From: a virus
Direction: 5' to 3' (one strand)
IMG/VR virus record: IMGVR_UViG_3300027779_003464
Span: 54,608-118,607 of that record
Length of the DNA: 64,000 bases
Below the pieces are notes generated by a model, which saw only the letters and a program-made list of their open reading frames with translations, did no database searches and was not told where the DNA came from. Below are positions 41,837 through 50,479 of the stretch, piece after piece; the first letter of the stretch is position 1, and the number at the start of each line of letters is the position of its first letter. Made by a program: the position numbers and the translations under genes.

Positions 41837-42214
41837 ATGAGAAATAAAGTAGAAATAGATGGTAAGTGGTATGAATTGGTACCCTTAGAAGAAGTAGAAA
41901 AAAAAGAAAGTAGTCCAGACCCTGTTTTCTATTACGGATGTGATAGTGAATGTGGGATTTTTAGATTCAACATATTATTAAATGATGATGGTGACGAATG
42001 GAAAGGTACTGGGTCATTAGAATACTACTCCAAAGGTGTAAATAATAAAGATGATGTTGAAATCTGGGATAATGACATTTTTTTAAAAGATGTGTTAGAT
42101 AATCCAACAGATACACTTGTCATTGAAGTTAAAGAAATAATAAAACATAATAGTGGGGAATTCGAAGACTTAGTTCATTTACTAAAACAAGTTAGAGAAA
42201 AAGGGTGGATATAA
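41837..42214 (+). CDS. hypothetical protein (cassette)
   Basis: ATG from junction motif; VEIDGKWY N-term. Confidence 0.6.
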   Translation: MRNKVEIDGKWYELVPLEEVEKKESSPDPVFYYGCDSECGIFRFNILLNDDGDEWKGTGSLEYYSKGVNNKDDVEIWDNDIFLKDVLDNPTDTLVIEVKEIIKHNSGEFEDLVHLLKQVREKGWI

Positions 42215-42229
42215 TCAAAAAAACAGACA

Positions 42230-42730
42230 ATGGCTAACATTACATTAAAAAATAATCCGGTAACAACCTCAGGAAATTTACCTAACATTGGCGAGAGTGC
42301 AAAAAACTTTTCTCTTATTGGAAAAGATTTGAAAGAAGTAACGTTAAACGATTTTCAAGGCGAAAGAATTGTAATGAACATTTTTCCATCTGTTGATACG
42401 GGAATTTGTGCTATTTCGGTAAAAACATTCAATGAAAAAGCTGCAAACCTTAGCAATACAAAAGTGCTTTGTATTTCAAGAGATTTGCCTTTTGCACAAA
42501 ATAGATTTTGTGGGGCAGAAAACATTGAAAATGTATTGACATTATCCGATTTTGCAAATGGAACTTTTGGGAAAGATTATGGGCTAACCATAATGGATGG
42601 CGCACTAGCAAACCTACATTCCAGATGTATTGTGGTACTGGATGAATCCCACAAAATAATACATACTGAGCAAGTAGATGAAATTACATCAGAGCCAAAT
42701 TATGAAAAAACAATAGCAGCATTAAATTAA
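42230..42730 (+). CDS. tpx: thiol peroxidase Tpx (atypical 2-Cys peroxiredoxin)
   Basis: NIFPSVDTGICA, ISRDLPFAQNRFCGAE and EITSEPNYE signatures. Confidence 0.95.
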   Translation: MANITLKNNPVTTSGNLPNIGESAKNFSLIGKDLKEVTLNDFQGERIVMNIFPSVDTGICAISVKTFNEKAANLSNTKVLCISRDLPFAQNRFCGAENIENVLTLSDFANGTFGKDYGLTIMDGALANLHSRCIVVLDESHKIIHTEQVDEITSEPNYEKTIAALN

Positions 42731-42803
42731 CATTTATAAAAATATACAATTAATTTATTAAAACAAAAAATGTGGTTACAAAGATTATAAAACCAAAACA
42801 AAG

Positions 42804-43022
42804 ATGAGTAGAACAGATTACTTACCACTAATTCCTATATGTTCAGATAAAGAACTAAAAGAAATAGCAGAGGATTGGTGTCACCTAGTCAGAGAAGAAC
42901 CCACTAATGCTACAATAAATGCATTTATGATGGGAGCAAAAATAGCTATATCTAATAAAGGATGGGTTCGTCGAGATAAGAAAGATAATATAAATGATTG
43001 TGGTGATGCAAATGAATATTAA
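42804..43022 (+). CDS. hypothetical protein (cassette)
   Basis: ATG from junction motif. Confidence 0.5.
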   Translation: MSRTDYLPLIPICSDKELKEIAEDWCHLVREEPTNATINAFMMGAKIAISNKGWVRRDKKDNINDCGDANEY

Positions 43023-43230
43023 ACAAAAAGAAAGACTAATGGGTGATAAAGAAATTGATATGGAAAATACAAAAGAAAATATTAAAAAGATATTCAAAGA
43101 AACAAAGGGGTGTACTAAGAACGAATTTATCATGGGAATAGAGAAATATTTTAAAAGGAACAAAATGCTAAGTGATAAGCAGCTTGATTGCTTAATAAAC
43201 TGGTACAAAGATACTAAAATAAAAAATTAA
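42994..43230 (+). CDS. hypothetical protein (start uncertain)
   Basis: LSDKQ motif; packed ORF. Confidence 0.45.
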   Translation: MIVVMQMNIKQKERLMGDKEIDMENTKENIKKIFKETKGCTKNEFIMGIEKYFKRNKMLSDKQLDCLINWYKDTKIKN

Positions 43231-43233
43231 GTT

Positions 43234-43473
43234 ATGGAAACATTATTAACCGTGCTAATTACTTTAGGAGTATGTACAATAGTATATACGTTTGTGAGGG
43301 TGATTAAGTTAAATAGGAAAGTTGAAGAGATCGACATTATAAAACTAGATTTATGCGACTTTGAAGATAAAATTTACAATATGATTGAAAATCTAGAAAG
43401 AGATTCGCGTAAAAATGATGATGATATACTAGCAAAGGTAGTGGAGTTAAAAGATAAGACAAAACAAGAATGA
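43234..43473 (+). CDS. membrane-anchored coiled-coil protein
   Basis: N-term TM helix. Confidence 0.55.
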   Translation: METLLTVLITLGVCTIVYTFVRVIKLNRKVEEIDIIKLDLCDFEDKIYNMIENLERDSRKNDDDILAKVVELKDKTKQE

Positions 43474-43745
43474 TTGAAGCGACAATTGCAAAATGGCAAG
43501 AATATTTAGGTTTGTTAGACTGGAATATAACTACTGAGCGGATAGATCCTAACCAAGTGATGTATAATGGAGAAACATACTTCATAGGAATATCTACTTT
43601 TCCAGAAACATTAAGCGGTATAATTTACCATGATATAGATTTATATGAAAATGCGATTCTTCATGAGTTATTACATGTTCGTTACCCAGAAAAGGATGAA
43701 AATTGGATAGTGAATAAGACAGATGAAATATTAAAACAGAGATGA
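43470..43745 (+). CDS. small HExxH metallopeptidase-like protein
   Basis: WQ..LGL.DW.I ... ILHELLH. Confidence 0.6.
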   Translation: MIEATIAKWQEYLGLLDWNITTERIDPNQVMYNGETYFIGISTFPETLSGIIYHDIDLYENAILHELLHVRYPEKDENWIVNKTDEILKQR

Positions 43746-44221
43746 ATAAAATTATTTTAGTAGGCAAAGCCGCAGCTGGAAAAGATTATATGAGAAAAAT
43801 ACTCGAAGAAAGAGGATTCAAATATGGTGTTTCCTATACCACTCGACCTAAACGTGAAGGAGAAATAGATGGGGAAGATTATTACTTCTTAACTGACGAA
43901 GAATTCGCAGATATGGATGCAGATAATCAATGGTATGAATATGTTCAATTTAACGGTTGGATGTACGGTACAACAAACTCGCAATTCTTAGATAAATGTA
44001 ATCTGTTTATCATGACTCCTGCAGGAATAGATTTTATCGATCCTGTAGAAAGAAAAAATTGTACGATAATTTATTTAGATATTCATCTTGAAGTTAGAAG
44101 AAGGCGATTAGAGGAGAGAGGAGATGTCAATGATAAAATTGAAAGAAGAATAGAGGCAGATGAAAAGGATTTTTCTAATTTTACCAATTTTGATATTATG
44201 GTAAATACTCCTAATTTTTAA
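43742..44221 (+). CDS. gmk: guanylate kinase
   Basis: GKAAAGKD, VSYTTRPKREGEIDGEDYYF, WMYGT. Confidence 0.9.
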   Translation: MNKIILVGKAAAGKDYMRKILEERGFKYGVSYTTRPKREGEIDGEDYYFLTDEEFADMDADNQWYEYVQFNGWMYGTTNSQFLDKCNLFIMTPAGIDFIDPVERKNCTIIYLDIHLEVRRRRLEERGDVNDKIERRIEADEKDFSNFTNFDIMVNTPNF

Positions 44222-44269
44222 TCTTATAAAAAACAATAGATATGAAACTAAAATTAAAACAAAAATAAA

Positions 44270-44521
44270 ATGGCAGACATAACGATGTGTACAGGAAAGG
44301 GATGTAATATGACAAATACTTGTTACAGATACAAAGCACCTGTAAATGAATACAGACAAGCATACTTTGTAAATGCTCCCCATAAAGATAAAGTAGATGA
44401 AGATAATAATACTATTTGTGATGAGTATTGGATGGTAGATAAACTTAGGGGATATAAAACAGGAATACCTGTTGAGGTGAAGGACACTTCTAAGGAGATA
44501 AACCAAAACAAAGATGAGTAA
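44270..44521 (+). CDS. small Cys-rich phage protein
   Basis: MADITMC.G..C.....CYRY; ends in junction motif (NQNKDE*). Confidence 0.6.
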   Translation: MADITMCTGKGCNMTNTCYRYKAPVNEYRQAYFVNAPHKDKVDEDNNTICDEYWMVDKLRGYKTGIPVEVKDTSKEINQNKDE

Positions 44522-44593
44522 AGCTACTCCAGTAGCAAAAACTACTAAATAAACTAAAAATAGCTACTATAGTATAAACCAAAACAAAGATGA
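44522..44593 (+). repeat. paired AGCTACT-NN-AGTA palindromes plus junction motif (copy 1)
   Basis: AGCTACTCCAGTA at 44522 and AGCTACTATAGTA at 44562; same arrangement at 46123/46164. Confidence 0.75.
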
Positions 44594-44742
44594 AGATAAG
44601 CATACATAAAATAGAATCACAACTCTATCTATTGCCATTTGTTAAAGTAACATATGATAAGGTACTTAACGGTAGCTACGAATTTGTAATAGGGTGGTTC
44701 AATATTGGGCTATCAATATCTTATAAACCAAAACAAAGATGA
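44590..44742 (+). CDS. 50-aa hypothetical protein (cassette)
   Basis: MKISIHKIESQLYLLPF...SYKPKQR*; bounded exactly by two junction motifs. Confidence 0.5.
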   Translation: MKISIHKIESQLYLLPFVKVTYDKVLNGSYEFVIGWFNIGLSISYKPKQR

Positions 44743-45428
44743 TGAGTAGAGTAAAGCTAATAACACATACTCCAGATGCTGAGGAAACTATTGTAGAAAT
44801 TGCAAGAGTAAGCTCCAAGAGAACAGATAAAAAATCAAAGCCGGAAGGACTTATTAATTATCTTATTAAGCACAAACATTGGTCACCATTTGAGCATGCT
44901 TCGATGACACTAGAGATTAATACTTCAAAAGCTATTGGTATTCAATTGATTAGACATAGAAGCTTTACGTTTCAAGAGTTTTCTCAAAGATATCAAGACG
45001 TAAATATTTTAGGAGAAATATTTGAACCAATAGAATTAAGAAAGCAAGCAGAAGATAATAGGCAATCTTCTACCGAAAGCTTTGATCCTAATATTAAAAA
45101 ATATATTAACAAAGATATTAATGGGTTTTTGAATGTACCTGCATCTGATTTAATTAATACTCATTTAGAAAATACTAAAGCCCTATATTCAGATCTTCTT
45201 GAAGTAGGAGTAGCGAGAGAAGTAGCTAGAATGGTTTTACCTTTATGTACTAAGACAAAGATATACATGACGGGTACATTAAGAAGTTGGATACACTTTT
45301 TTGATTTAAGAGATGACGGACATGCTCAAAAAGAAATACAAGAAATAGCAAAAGAAGGCAAAGAGATATTCGCCAACCAATTTCCAATACTATCTAAAGC
45401 ATTAAAATGGAAGATAATAAACGTGTAA
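44739..45428 (+). CDS. thyX: FAD-dependent thymidylate synthase
   Basis: HWSPFEH, QLIRHRSFTFQEFSQRY, AREVARMVLP, HAQKEI. Confidence 0.96.
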   Translation: MMSRVKLITHTPDAEETIVEIARVSSKRTDKKSKPEGLINYLIKHKHWSPFEHASMTLEINTSKAIGIQLIRHRSFTFQEFSQRYQDVNILGEIFEPIELRKQAEDNRQSSTESFDPNIKKYINKDINGFLNVPASDLINTHLENTKALYSDLLEVGVAREVARMVLPLCTKTKIYMTGTLRSWIHFFDLRDDGHAQKEIQEIAKEGKEIFANQFPILSKALKWKIINV

Positions 45429-45709
45429 CAAACAAATCCCAGGTGAGTGAAAAACTTTGGTATCTCTATGTTGTGGAATGTTCCGATAATTCACTCTACA
45501 CTGGTATCACTACTGACTTGAATAGAAGAATCACTGAACATAATTCATCAAACAAAGGTGCGAAATATACACGACCAAGAAGGCCCGTTACTTTAGTCTA
45601 TTCAGAAATACACCCGAACCGTTCGGCCGCATCAAAATCTGAATATCGAACTAAGCAACTTTCAAAACAAAATAAACTTTTACTAATCCAAAACAAAGAT
45701 GATGAGTAA
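45407..45709 (+). CDS. GIY-YIG nuclease (YhbQ-like)
   Basis: WYLYVVECSDNSLYTGITTDLNRR..EHN...GAKYTR.RRPV. Confidence 0.92.
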   Translation: MEDNKRVTNKSQVSEKLWYLYVVECSDNSLYTGITTDLNRRITEHNSSNKGAKYTRPRRPVTLVYSEIHPNRSAASKSEYRTKQLSKQNKLLLIQNKDDE

Positions 45710-45794
45710 ACATATGAGTTTACAAAACCTTATAAAAGTAAACAGATTTGTTTACTAATGGTTAGTACTGATTAATAATACAAAACTTAAATAA

Positions 45795-46082
45795 TTGGAT
45801 TTACCAACAGATTACACAAAATTAGATTGGAGGAAAGGAGAAAAGGCTAAAGTTAGAGAGCAATATATTATAGAGCAAAACAATAAATGCTACTACTGTA
45901 ACGAATCTTTAAGTGAAGAACCACCTAAAAGAATAACAGATAATAAAATTAACTTAGAATTATTCCCTCCAAATATGTTAGCACACCCTATACATTTACA
46001 ACATAACCACGAAACAAATATGACAGAAGGAGCAGTACACGCTTATTGTAATTGTGTGCTATGGCAATATGAAGGACGATAG
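45795..46082 (+). CDS. endonuclease VII-like / HNH protein
   Basis: Q...CYYC ... HLQHNHET....G.VH..CN. Confidence 0.65.
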   Translation: MDLPTDYTKLDWRKGEKAKVREQYIIEQNNKCYYCNESLSEEPPKRITDNKINLELFPPNMLAHPIHLQHNHETNMTEGAVHAYCNCVLWQYEGR

Positions 46083-46122
46083 TATTAATGGTAACATAGA
46101 AATAAACCACACTAAGCCATAT

Positions 46123-46200
46123 AGCTACTCCAGTAACAAAAGATAATCAGTAGTTAAAGAAATAGCTACTATAGTATTAATTAAACCAAAACAAAGATGA
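46123..46200 (+). repeat. paired AGCTACT-NN-AGTA palindromes plus junction motif (copy 2)
   Basis: Matches the 44522-44593 arrangement. Confidence 0.75.
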
Positions 46201-46270
46201 GTAATAATTTAAGATATTATTTAAAACGATTAGATATTTATAAGTATAAGAATATTATAAATTAATTAAG

Positions 46271-46498
46271 ATGAGCAGATTAGATATTAACGAGTGGACT
46301 AAAATAACCGATAGGTTTACAGAATTGTGTAAGTTAGGAAAAAGTCGACCTGGTGAATGCTATTTTCAAGCATTGGAAGAAATTAAACCTGATTTACATT
46401 CTAAACTAGTAAATACAGAGTATGATAGTTCAACATCAGAGCATAATCTAATAACTTTATTACACTATTTAAATGACTCAAATGAAATCAAGAGCTAA
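46271..46498 (+). CDS. hypothetical protein
   Basis: Preceded by AAACG-N16-TATAA. Confidence 0.55.
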   Translation: MSRLDINEWTKITDRFTELCKLGKSRPGECYFQALEEIKPDLHSKLVNTEYDSSTSEHNLITLLHYLNDSNEIKS

Positions 46499-47843
46499 GT
46501 TAGAAAAATTTATAAATTCTTTATTAAAAGATATAAAATCTAAAGTAGGACAAGATGCTGAATTTCCAAAGTATGGAAGTTTCTTTAATAAAAAGTCAGG
46601 CCGAGTAAAAGATATTAAATTAGACTGGGAATCATATGAAGAGGTTGACAAAGAAACGAATACTAATCATATTAACTTTGTATCTAATATAAAAGTTAGA
46701 GGTAAAGAATATAAAATAAGATTACATGGGCGACTCAACGAAAAAGAAATACATAATCTAGAAATAGATTTTGAACTATTAAATACAGAAGATTTAGATG
46801 GAAGATCTACGACTGGAACAGGTGATTCATTCCAAGTACTAGGTAAAATTTTTAGTGGAATAACTGAATTTATCAAAGATAATACAAAAATTCTATTATC
46901 GTTTCAATTCTCAGTAAAAGGAGTAAATAGAATAAGACTATTTAAATCCTTAGTCGAAACCATTACTTTACCGCAAATAAACTATACATATATCCTAGAT
47001 AATCACCCAACCGAAGATGCTATTATTTTTAGATTTCGTAGAATATCAAACAATCAACCTAAAGATTCTGTAAGAATTAATGATATAGATATATTAATTA
47101 ATCCAAACAGTAATGATGATATACCAGATACTATTTTAAAGGTTATATCAGTTCTTAAAGATAAACATAATATATTCACTAGTATAAAATGTGACCATCA
47201 TCCATATATCTATTCTAAAAAATATACTATTTCAGGAATAAAAAAACTAAAGATAGAAGAAAGTGCTTTGTCTAGAATTAAGGAAATATTAGAATTAAAT
47301 AAGGATTCAGAATCTCATGAAATGATAAAGTCAATACTTTCAAAAGAATTATCTCTAATTTGGAAAGAAGCTGATATAAAAACAGGATATAAAGAATATA
47401 ATAAAGATAAGATATCTTTTAAGGACGCTTTAAAGTTTAATGAGGATTATCATTCTTTAAATCTACATCAAGAATGTGTAATAAATTCTGAATATTTAGA
47501 TACTCCTATAAAAATTAGAGTAAAAACTAAAGATCTTATATCCATAACTTCGTCTCAAGAATATTTAGATCATTGGAATACTCAACTTGAAACTAATCTG
47601 CTATATAATAAATATTATGATATGTATAAAATCATTAGAAGATTTTGTAATTCTATATTTAAATATAAAATGTTTAAAAGTAATTTTTTTAGCAAAGATC
47701 AAATGCTATATCTAGAAAAATATTATTCGATCTTCGATAACACCATTGATAAGTCAGATAAAAAATTAAATAATATTGTTATGGATGCGTATAACAAATT
47801 TATAGAATTAAAAATATTTAAAACATATGGCAGAGAAAATTAA
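46473..47843 (+). CDS. hypothetical protein
   Basis: 456 aa ORF; TTGTGDSFQV motif. Confidence 0.7.
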   Translation: MTQMKSRAKLEKFINSLLKDIKSKVGQDAEFPKYGSFFNKKSGRVKDIKLDWESYEEVDKETNTNHINFVSNIKVRGKEYKIRLHGRLNEKEIHNLEIDFELLNTEDLDGRSTTGTGDSFQVLGKIFSGITEFIKDNTKILLSFQFSVKGVNRIRLFKSLVETITLPQINYTYILDNHPTEDAIIFRFRRISNNQPKDSVRINDIDILINPNSNDDIPDTILKVISVLKDKHNIFTSIKCDHHPYIYSKKYTISGIKKLKIEESALSRIKEILELNKDSESHEMIKSILSKELSLIWKEADIKTGYKEYNKDKISFKDALKFNEDYHSLNLHQECVINSEYLDTPIKIRVKTKDLISITSSQEYLDHWNTQLETNLLYNKYYDMYKIIRRFCNSIFKYKMFKSNFFSKDQMLYLEKYYSIFDNTIDKSDKKLNNIVMDAYNKFIELKIFKTYGREN

Positions 47844-48060
47844 AATGTCCGGTCAAGGATATAGATTAGAATATAGAATGGGAACAAGATGGAATGAAAA
47901 AAGTATGGGATGGTATATTGATTGTAAATCTTGTGGAGAACAAACGAGAATAGGATCAGATGAAGTAGATGCAGCAACCTGTTCAAGCTGCGTAAACGCT
48001 CAAGTAAATTCGATATTCCCAACAACAACCTTTAAAATTGAAGATAATGAAGATGCATGA
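47827..48060 (+). CDS. small Zn-ribbon protein
   Basis: CKSC...CSSC. Confidence 0.55.
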   Translation: MAEKIKMSGQGYRLEYRMGTRWNEKSMGWYIDCKSCGEQTRIGSDEVDAATCSSCVNAQVNSIFPTTTFKIEDNEDA

Positions 48061-48349
48061 CGGAATATCTATAAAGAACAAAAGAACTCTAACTTTAGAT
48101 TTTGGAGATCATATTGTCAACGTAGTAAAACAAGGAAAAGTAGATAGAAAATTATATTATTCATGGAGTACAATGGGAGCAACTGAATGCGGTCCAGAAT
48201 ATTCTAGTGAATTATTAACAGAAAACGAAGTAATAACTAGATTAGAATTAATTACGGATTCTAACTTAGATTCTCTTTCTTCTGAAGAATATTTAGCTGT
48301 CTCTCTATTATTAGGAAAAGGCGCAAATGTTTCATTATCAAACCTTTAA
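48038..48349 (+). CDS. hypothetical protein
   Basis: Packed ORF. Confidence 0.5.
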   Translation: MKIMKMHDGISIKNKRTLTLDFGDHIVNVVKQGKVDRKLYYSWSTMGATECGPEYSSELLTENEVITRLELITDSNLDSLSSEEYLAVSLLLGKGANVSLSNL

Positions 48350-48371
48350 AAATGCCTCAAATTAAATACTG

Positions 48372-48572
48372 ATGTCTAAGCCTCTTACTCAAATAGATTA
48401 CGATCATATCAATATGATATTAGAAGAATCGGCTAAGTATGGAGTAAAGCGAGAAGTTTGCGAAAGCGTATCTGAACTATTAAAAACGAATCCTGATATT
48501 GATATAATTGAAGCATATAACTCAGCCTTTAAATGGTGTCTTCCTGGTTCTTCCATCGAGTCCACAACTTAG
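48372..48572 (+). CDS. hypothetical protein
   Basis: Last gene of the + strand array. Confidence 0.45.
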   Translation: MSKPLTQIDYDHINMILEESAKYGVKREVCESVSELLKTNPDIDIIEAYNSAFKWCLPGSSIESTT

Positions 48573-49644
48573 ATAATTTTCTAATCGACTTTCTTCCAGC
48601 TAAGTTAAATTTCTTTTCCCAAAACTTTAGAAATATCTTAGGAGAAGATACCATTTTACTAGATAGTTCAGGAATATTAATAACTTCACCGTCAGATATT
48701 TGATTGGCCATATCATTATAACTGTATTCCCAGTTATCTATCAATTGTCTTAGGACTACATCTTTAATTTCTTCAATTGAAGTTTCTTTCTTATCATGTT
48801 TCCTTACTCTTTTAATTACTCCATCTGGAACTTTAAATGATTTAATGTATTCGTTTGATTTCCAATCTTTTAGATCTGTTGCCTGTCTCCATGCTCTAGT
48901 TTTCTTTATAAGATTAATAAACTCTTCATCAGTTTTTGGAGATTTTGCTCTTATTTCTCCCCATGCTTCGGATGTTCTCGCATTTAATTCAAATGATAAT
49001 TGCAAATATATTAAGAACATTAATCTATCCCAGTCGGCAACTGCTCCCATCTTATTCATTCTAGAAACATCTCCAGACATAGTATTAAAATCAGGAAGTG
49101 TACTTCCACTTTGAATTCTTTTATAGAATTCATATACATGAGTAAGTTCATGGAATAATACTGATTCTATTCTATACTTAAGGTGTGATTCCCATTCTTC
49201 TTCAAAGTTACTTAATACCTTATCAGCATCTATTGAGATCTCTAATGTTATCTTTCCTCCAACTAATAACGGAATTACTTCTCCACCTTCAAATGTAGCA
49301 TCAACTATATCAATATCTATATTATCAAACTTAGCATATTCAATATCATGAGACTCTCCCTTTACAATACTAAAATTAAATTCAGGTTCAACTAAAGGAA
49401 ATTCTTTAAGATACGGAACTTCTTCTATATTCCAGCCAAAATCAACAGCCAAGTTTTGAAGATCTTTTCCGGATATAGATACATCAATATCCAACATGGC
49501 GCTTTCTCCATGTTTTTTTACAAAGTCTGCAATTAATCCCTCTACTGTATGAGATAAAAAATCTACCCAGAATTCTATTCCAGACGGAACCCCTTGGGCC
49601 TCGTTAATTCTTGTCCATTTATAAAAATCAGTTAAATGCTTCAT
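48529..49644 (-). CDS. HExxH zincin-like protein, putative internal head protein
   Basis: VLFHELTHVYE ... FELNAR; N-term KHLTDFYKW..INEA. Confidence 0.65.
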   Translation of the reverse strand: MKHLTDFYKWTRINEAQGVPSGIEFWVDFLSHTVEGLIADFVKKHGESAMLDIDVSISGKDLQNLAVDFGWNIEEVPYLKEFPLVEPEFNFSIVKGESHDIEYAKFDNIDIDIVDATFEGGEVIPLLVGGKITLEISIDADKVLSNFEEEWESHLKYRIESVLFHELTHVYEFYKRIQSGSTLPDFNTMSGDVSRMNKMGAVADWDRLMFLIYLQLSFELNARTSEAWGEIRAKSPKTDEEFINLIKKTRAWRQATDLKDWKSNEYIKSFKVPDGVIKRVRKHDKKETSIEEIKDVVLRQLIDNWEYSYNDMANQISDGEVINIPELSSKMVSSPKIFLKFWEKKFNLAGRKSIRKLSKLWTRWKNQEDTI

Positions 49645-49657
49645 GCTTTAATTTGTT

Positions 49658-50068
49658 TTATATACTATAGTCAGCTTGTTTTAAAGCAAACTCAATATCA
49701 TCTAAAGCTATAGTTGAAACGGGCTGTCCCTCTGCTATACTAAAATACATAGTATTACCTTTACTGTATATAGAATTAATATAAAAATCTAAATTAGTAA
49801 ACTTATGTTCACTTACAGATATCCCCTGTTTAATTTTAGTATATACTTGAAACATTTCATGAATTGGAATACTTACTCCGTAACTTGTTTCTAAATTGAG
49901 CTTATCTTCAGATAAGCGTGCAGCTCCATCCAATACGAGGCCGCTTATTGGATCAATAGTAGGAGACTCTGCTCTTCTATATTGATAAAAATCTTCGAAC
50001 CCTTTTCTTAATTGGATTTTAGTTTTTCTTATTTCTTCTTTTCTGATGTTAGGAATGTTTCTAGACAT
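49658..50068 (-). CDS. hypothetical protein
   Basis: 136 aa ORF. Confidence 0.55.
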   Translation of the reverse strand: MSRNIPNIRKEEIRKTKIQLRKGFEDFYQYRRAESPTIDPISGLVLDGAARLSEDKLNLETSYGVSIPIHEMFQVYTKIKQGISVSEHKFTNLDFYINSIYSKGNTMYFSIAEGQPVSTIALDDIEFALKQADYSI

Positions 50069-50077
50069 AATGTTTAA

Positions 50078-50425
50078 TTATTTTATATTAAGTAATTCTT
50101 TTAATTTATAATATGCTTTTTCAAAGATTGAACTAAAGTTAGACTTGACTTCTTCTTGAGCTCTTTCAGATACTTGTTCTAAGTCTTCGTCCGATGGAGA
50201 TTGATTATTTATATCTTCAGAATATTCAGCAAGTAGAGAATCTAATTCTTCCTGAAACTTTTGAACTGATGTAGATACATGTTTAGCAACAAGCATAGCA
50301 GAGTTTACTCCAAGATCAGCTCTAGCTATAAGTTCTTCATAGGTAGATCTAAGTTTCTTCTTATATTCAACACTAAGCTTTACTGTTAATGCATCTAATT
50401 GCTCTAAAATCTCGTCAACCGACAT
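50078..50425 (-). CDS. hypothetical helical protein
   Basis: 115 aa, ATAAATAA upstream. Confidence 0.55.
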   Translation of the reverse strand: MSVDEILEQLDALTVKLSVEYKKKLRSTYEELIARADLGVNSAMLVAKHVSTSVQKFQEELDSLLAEYSEDINNQSPSDEDLEQVSERAQEEVKSNFSSIFEKAYYKLKELLNIK

Positions 50426-50479
50426 ACTATATAGATTATTTTTTATTATTTATTAAAGAAAAATCCTCTATCCTAAAGT

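Larger units (their letters stand above)
41213..46200 (+). repeat. dispersed gene-junction repeat AAACCAAAACAAAGATGA
   Basis: Exact copies at 41213, 41823, 42790, 44500, 44576, 44725, 46183; variants at 41460, 41682, 45685; partial at 41626. Confidence 0.92.

Noticed and set aside
41213-46200. CRISPR array interpretation of the 18-bp repeat
   Set aside because: Spacing is irregular (76 bp to ~1.7 kb), the 'spacers' are whole ORFs, the repeat is not palindromic, and no cas genes are present.
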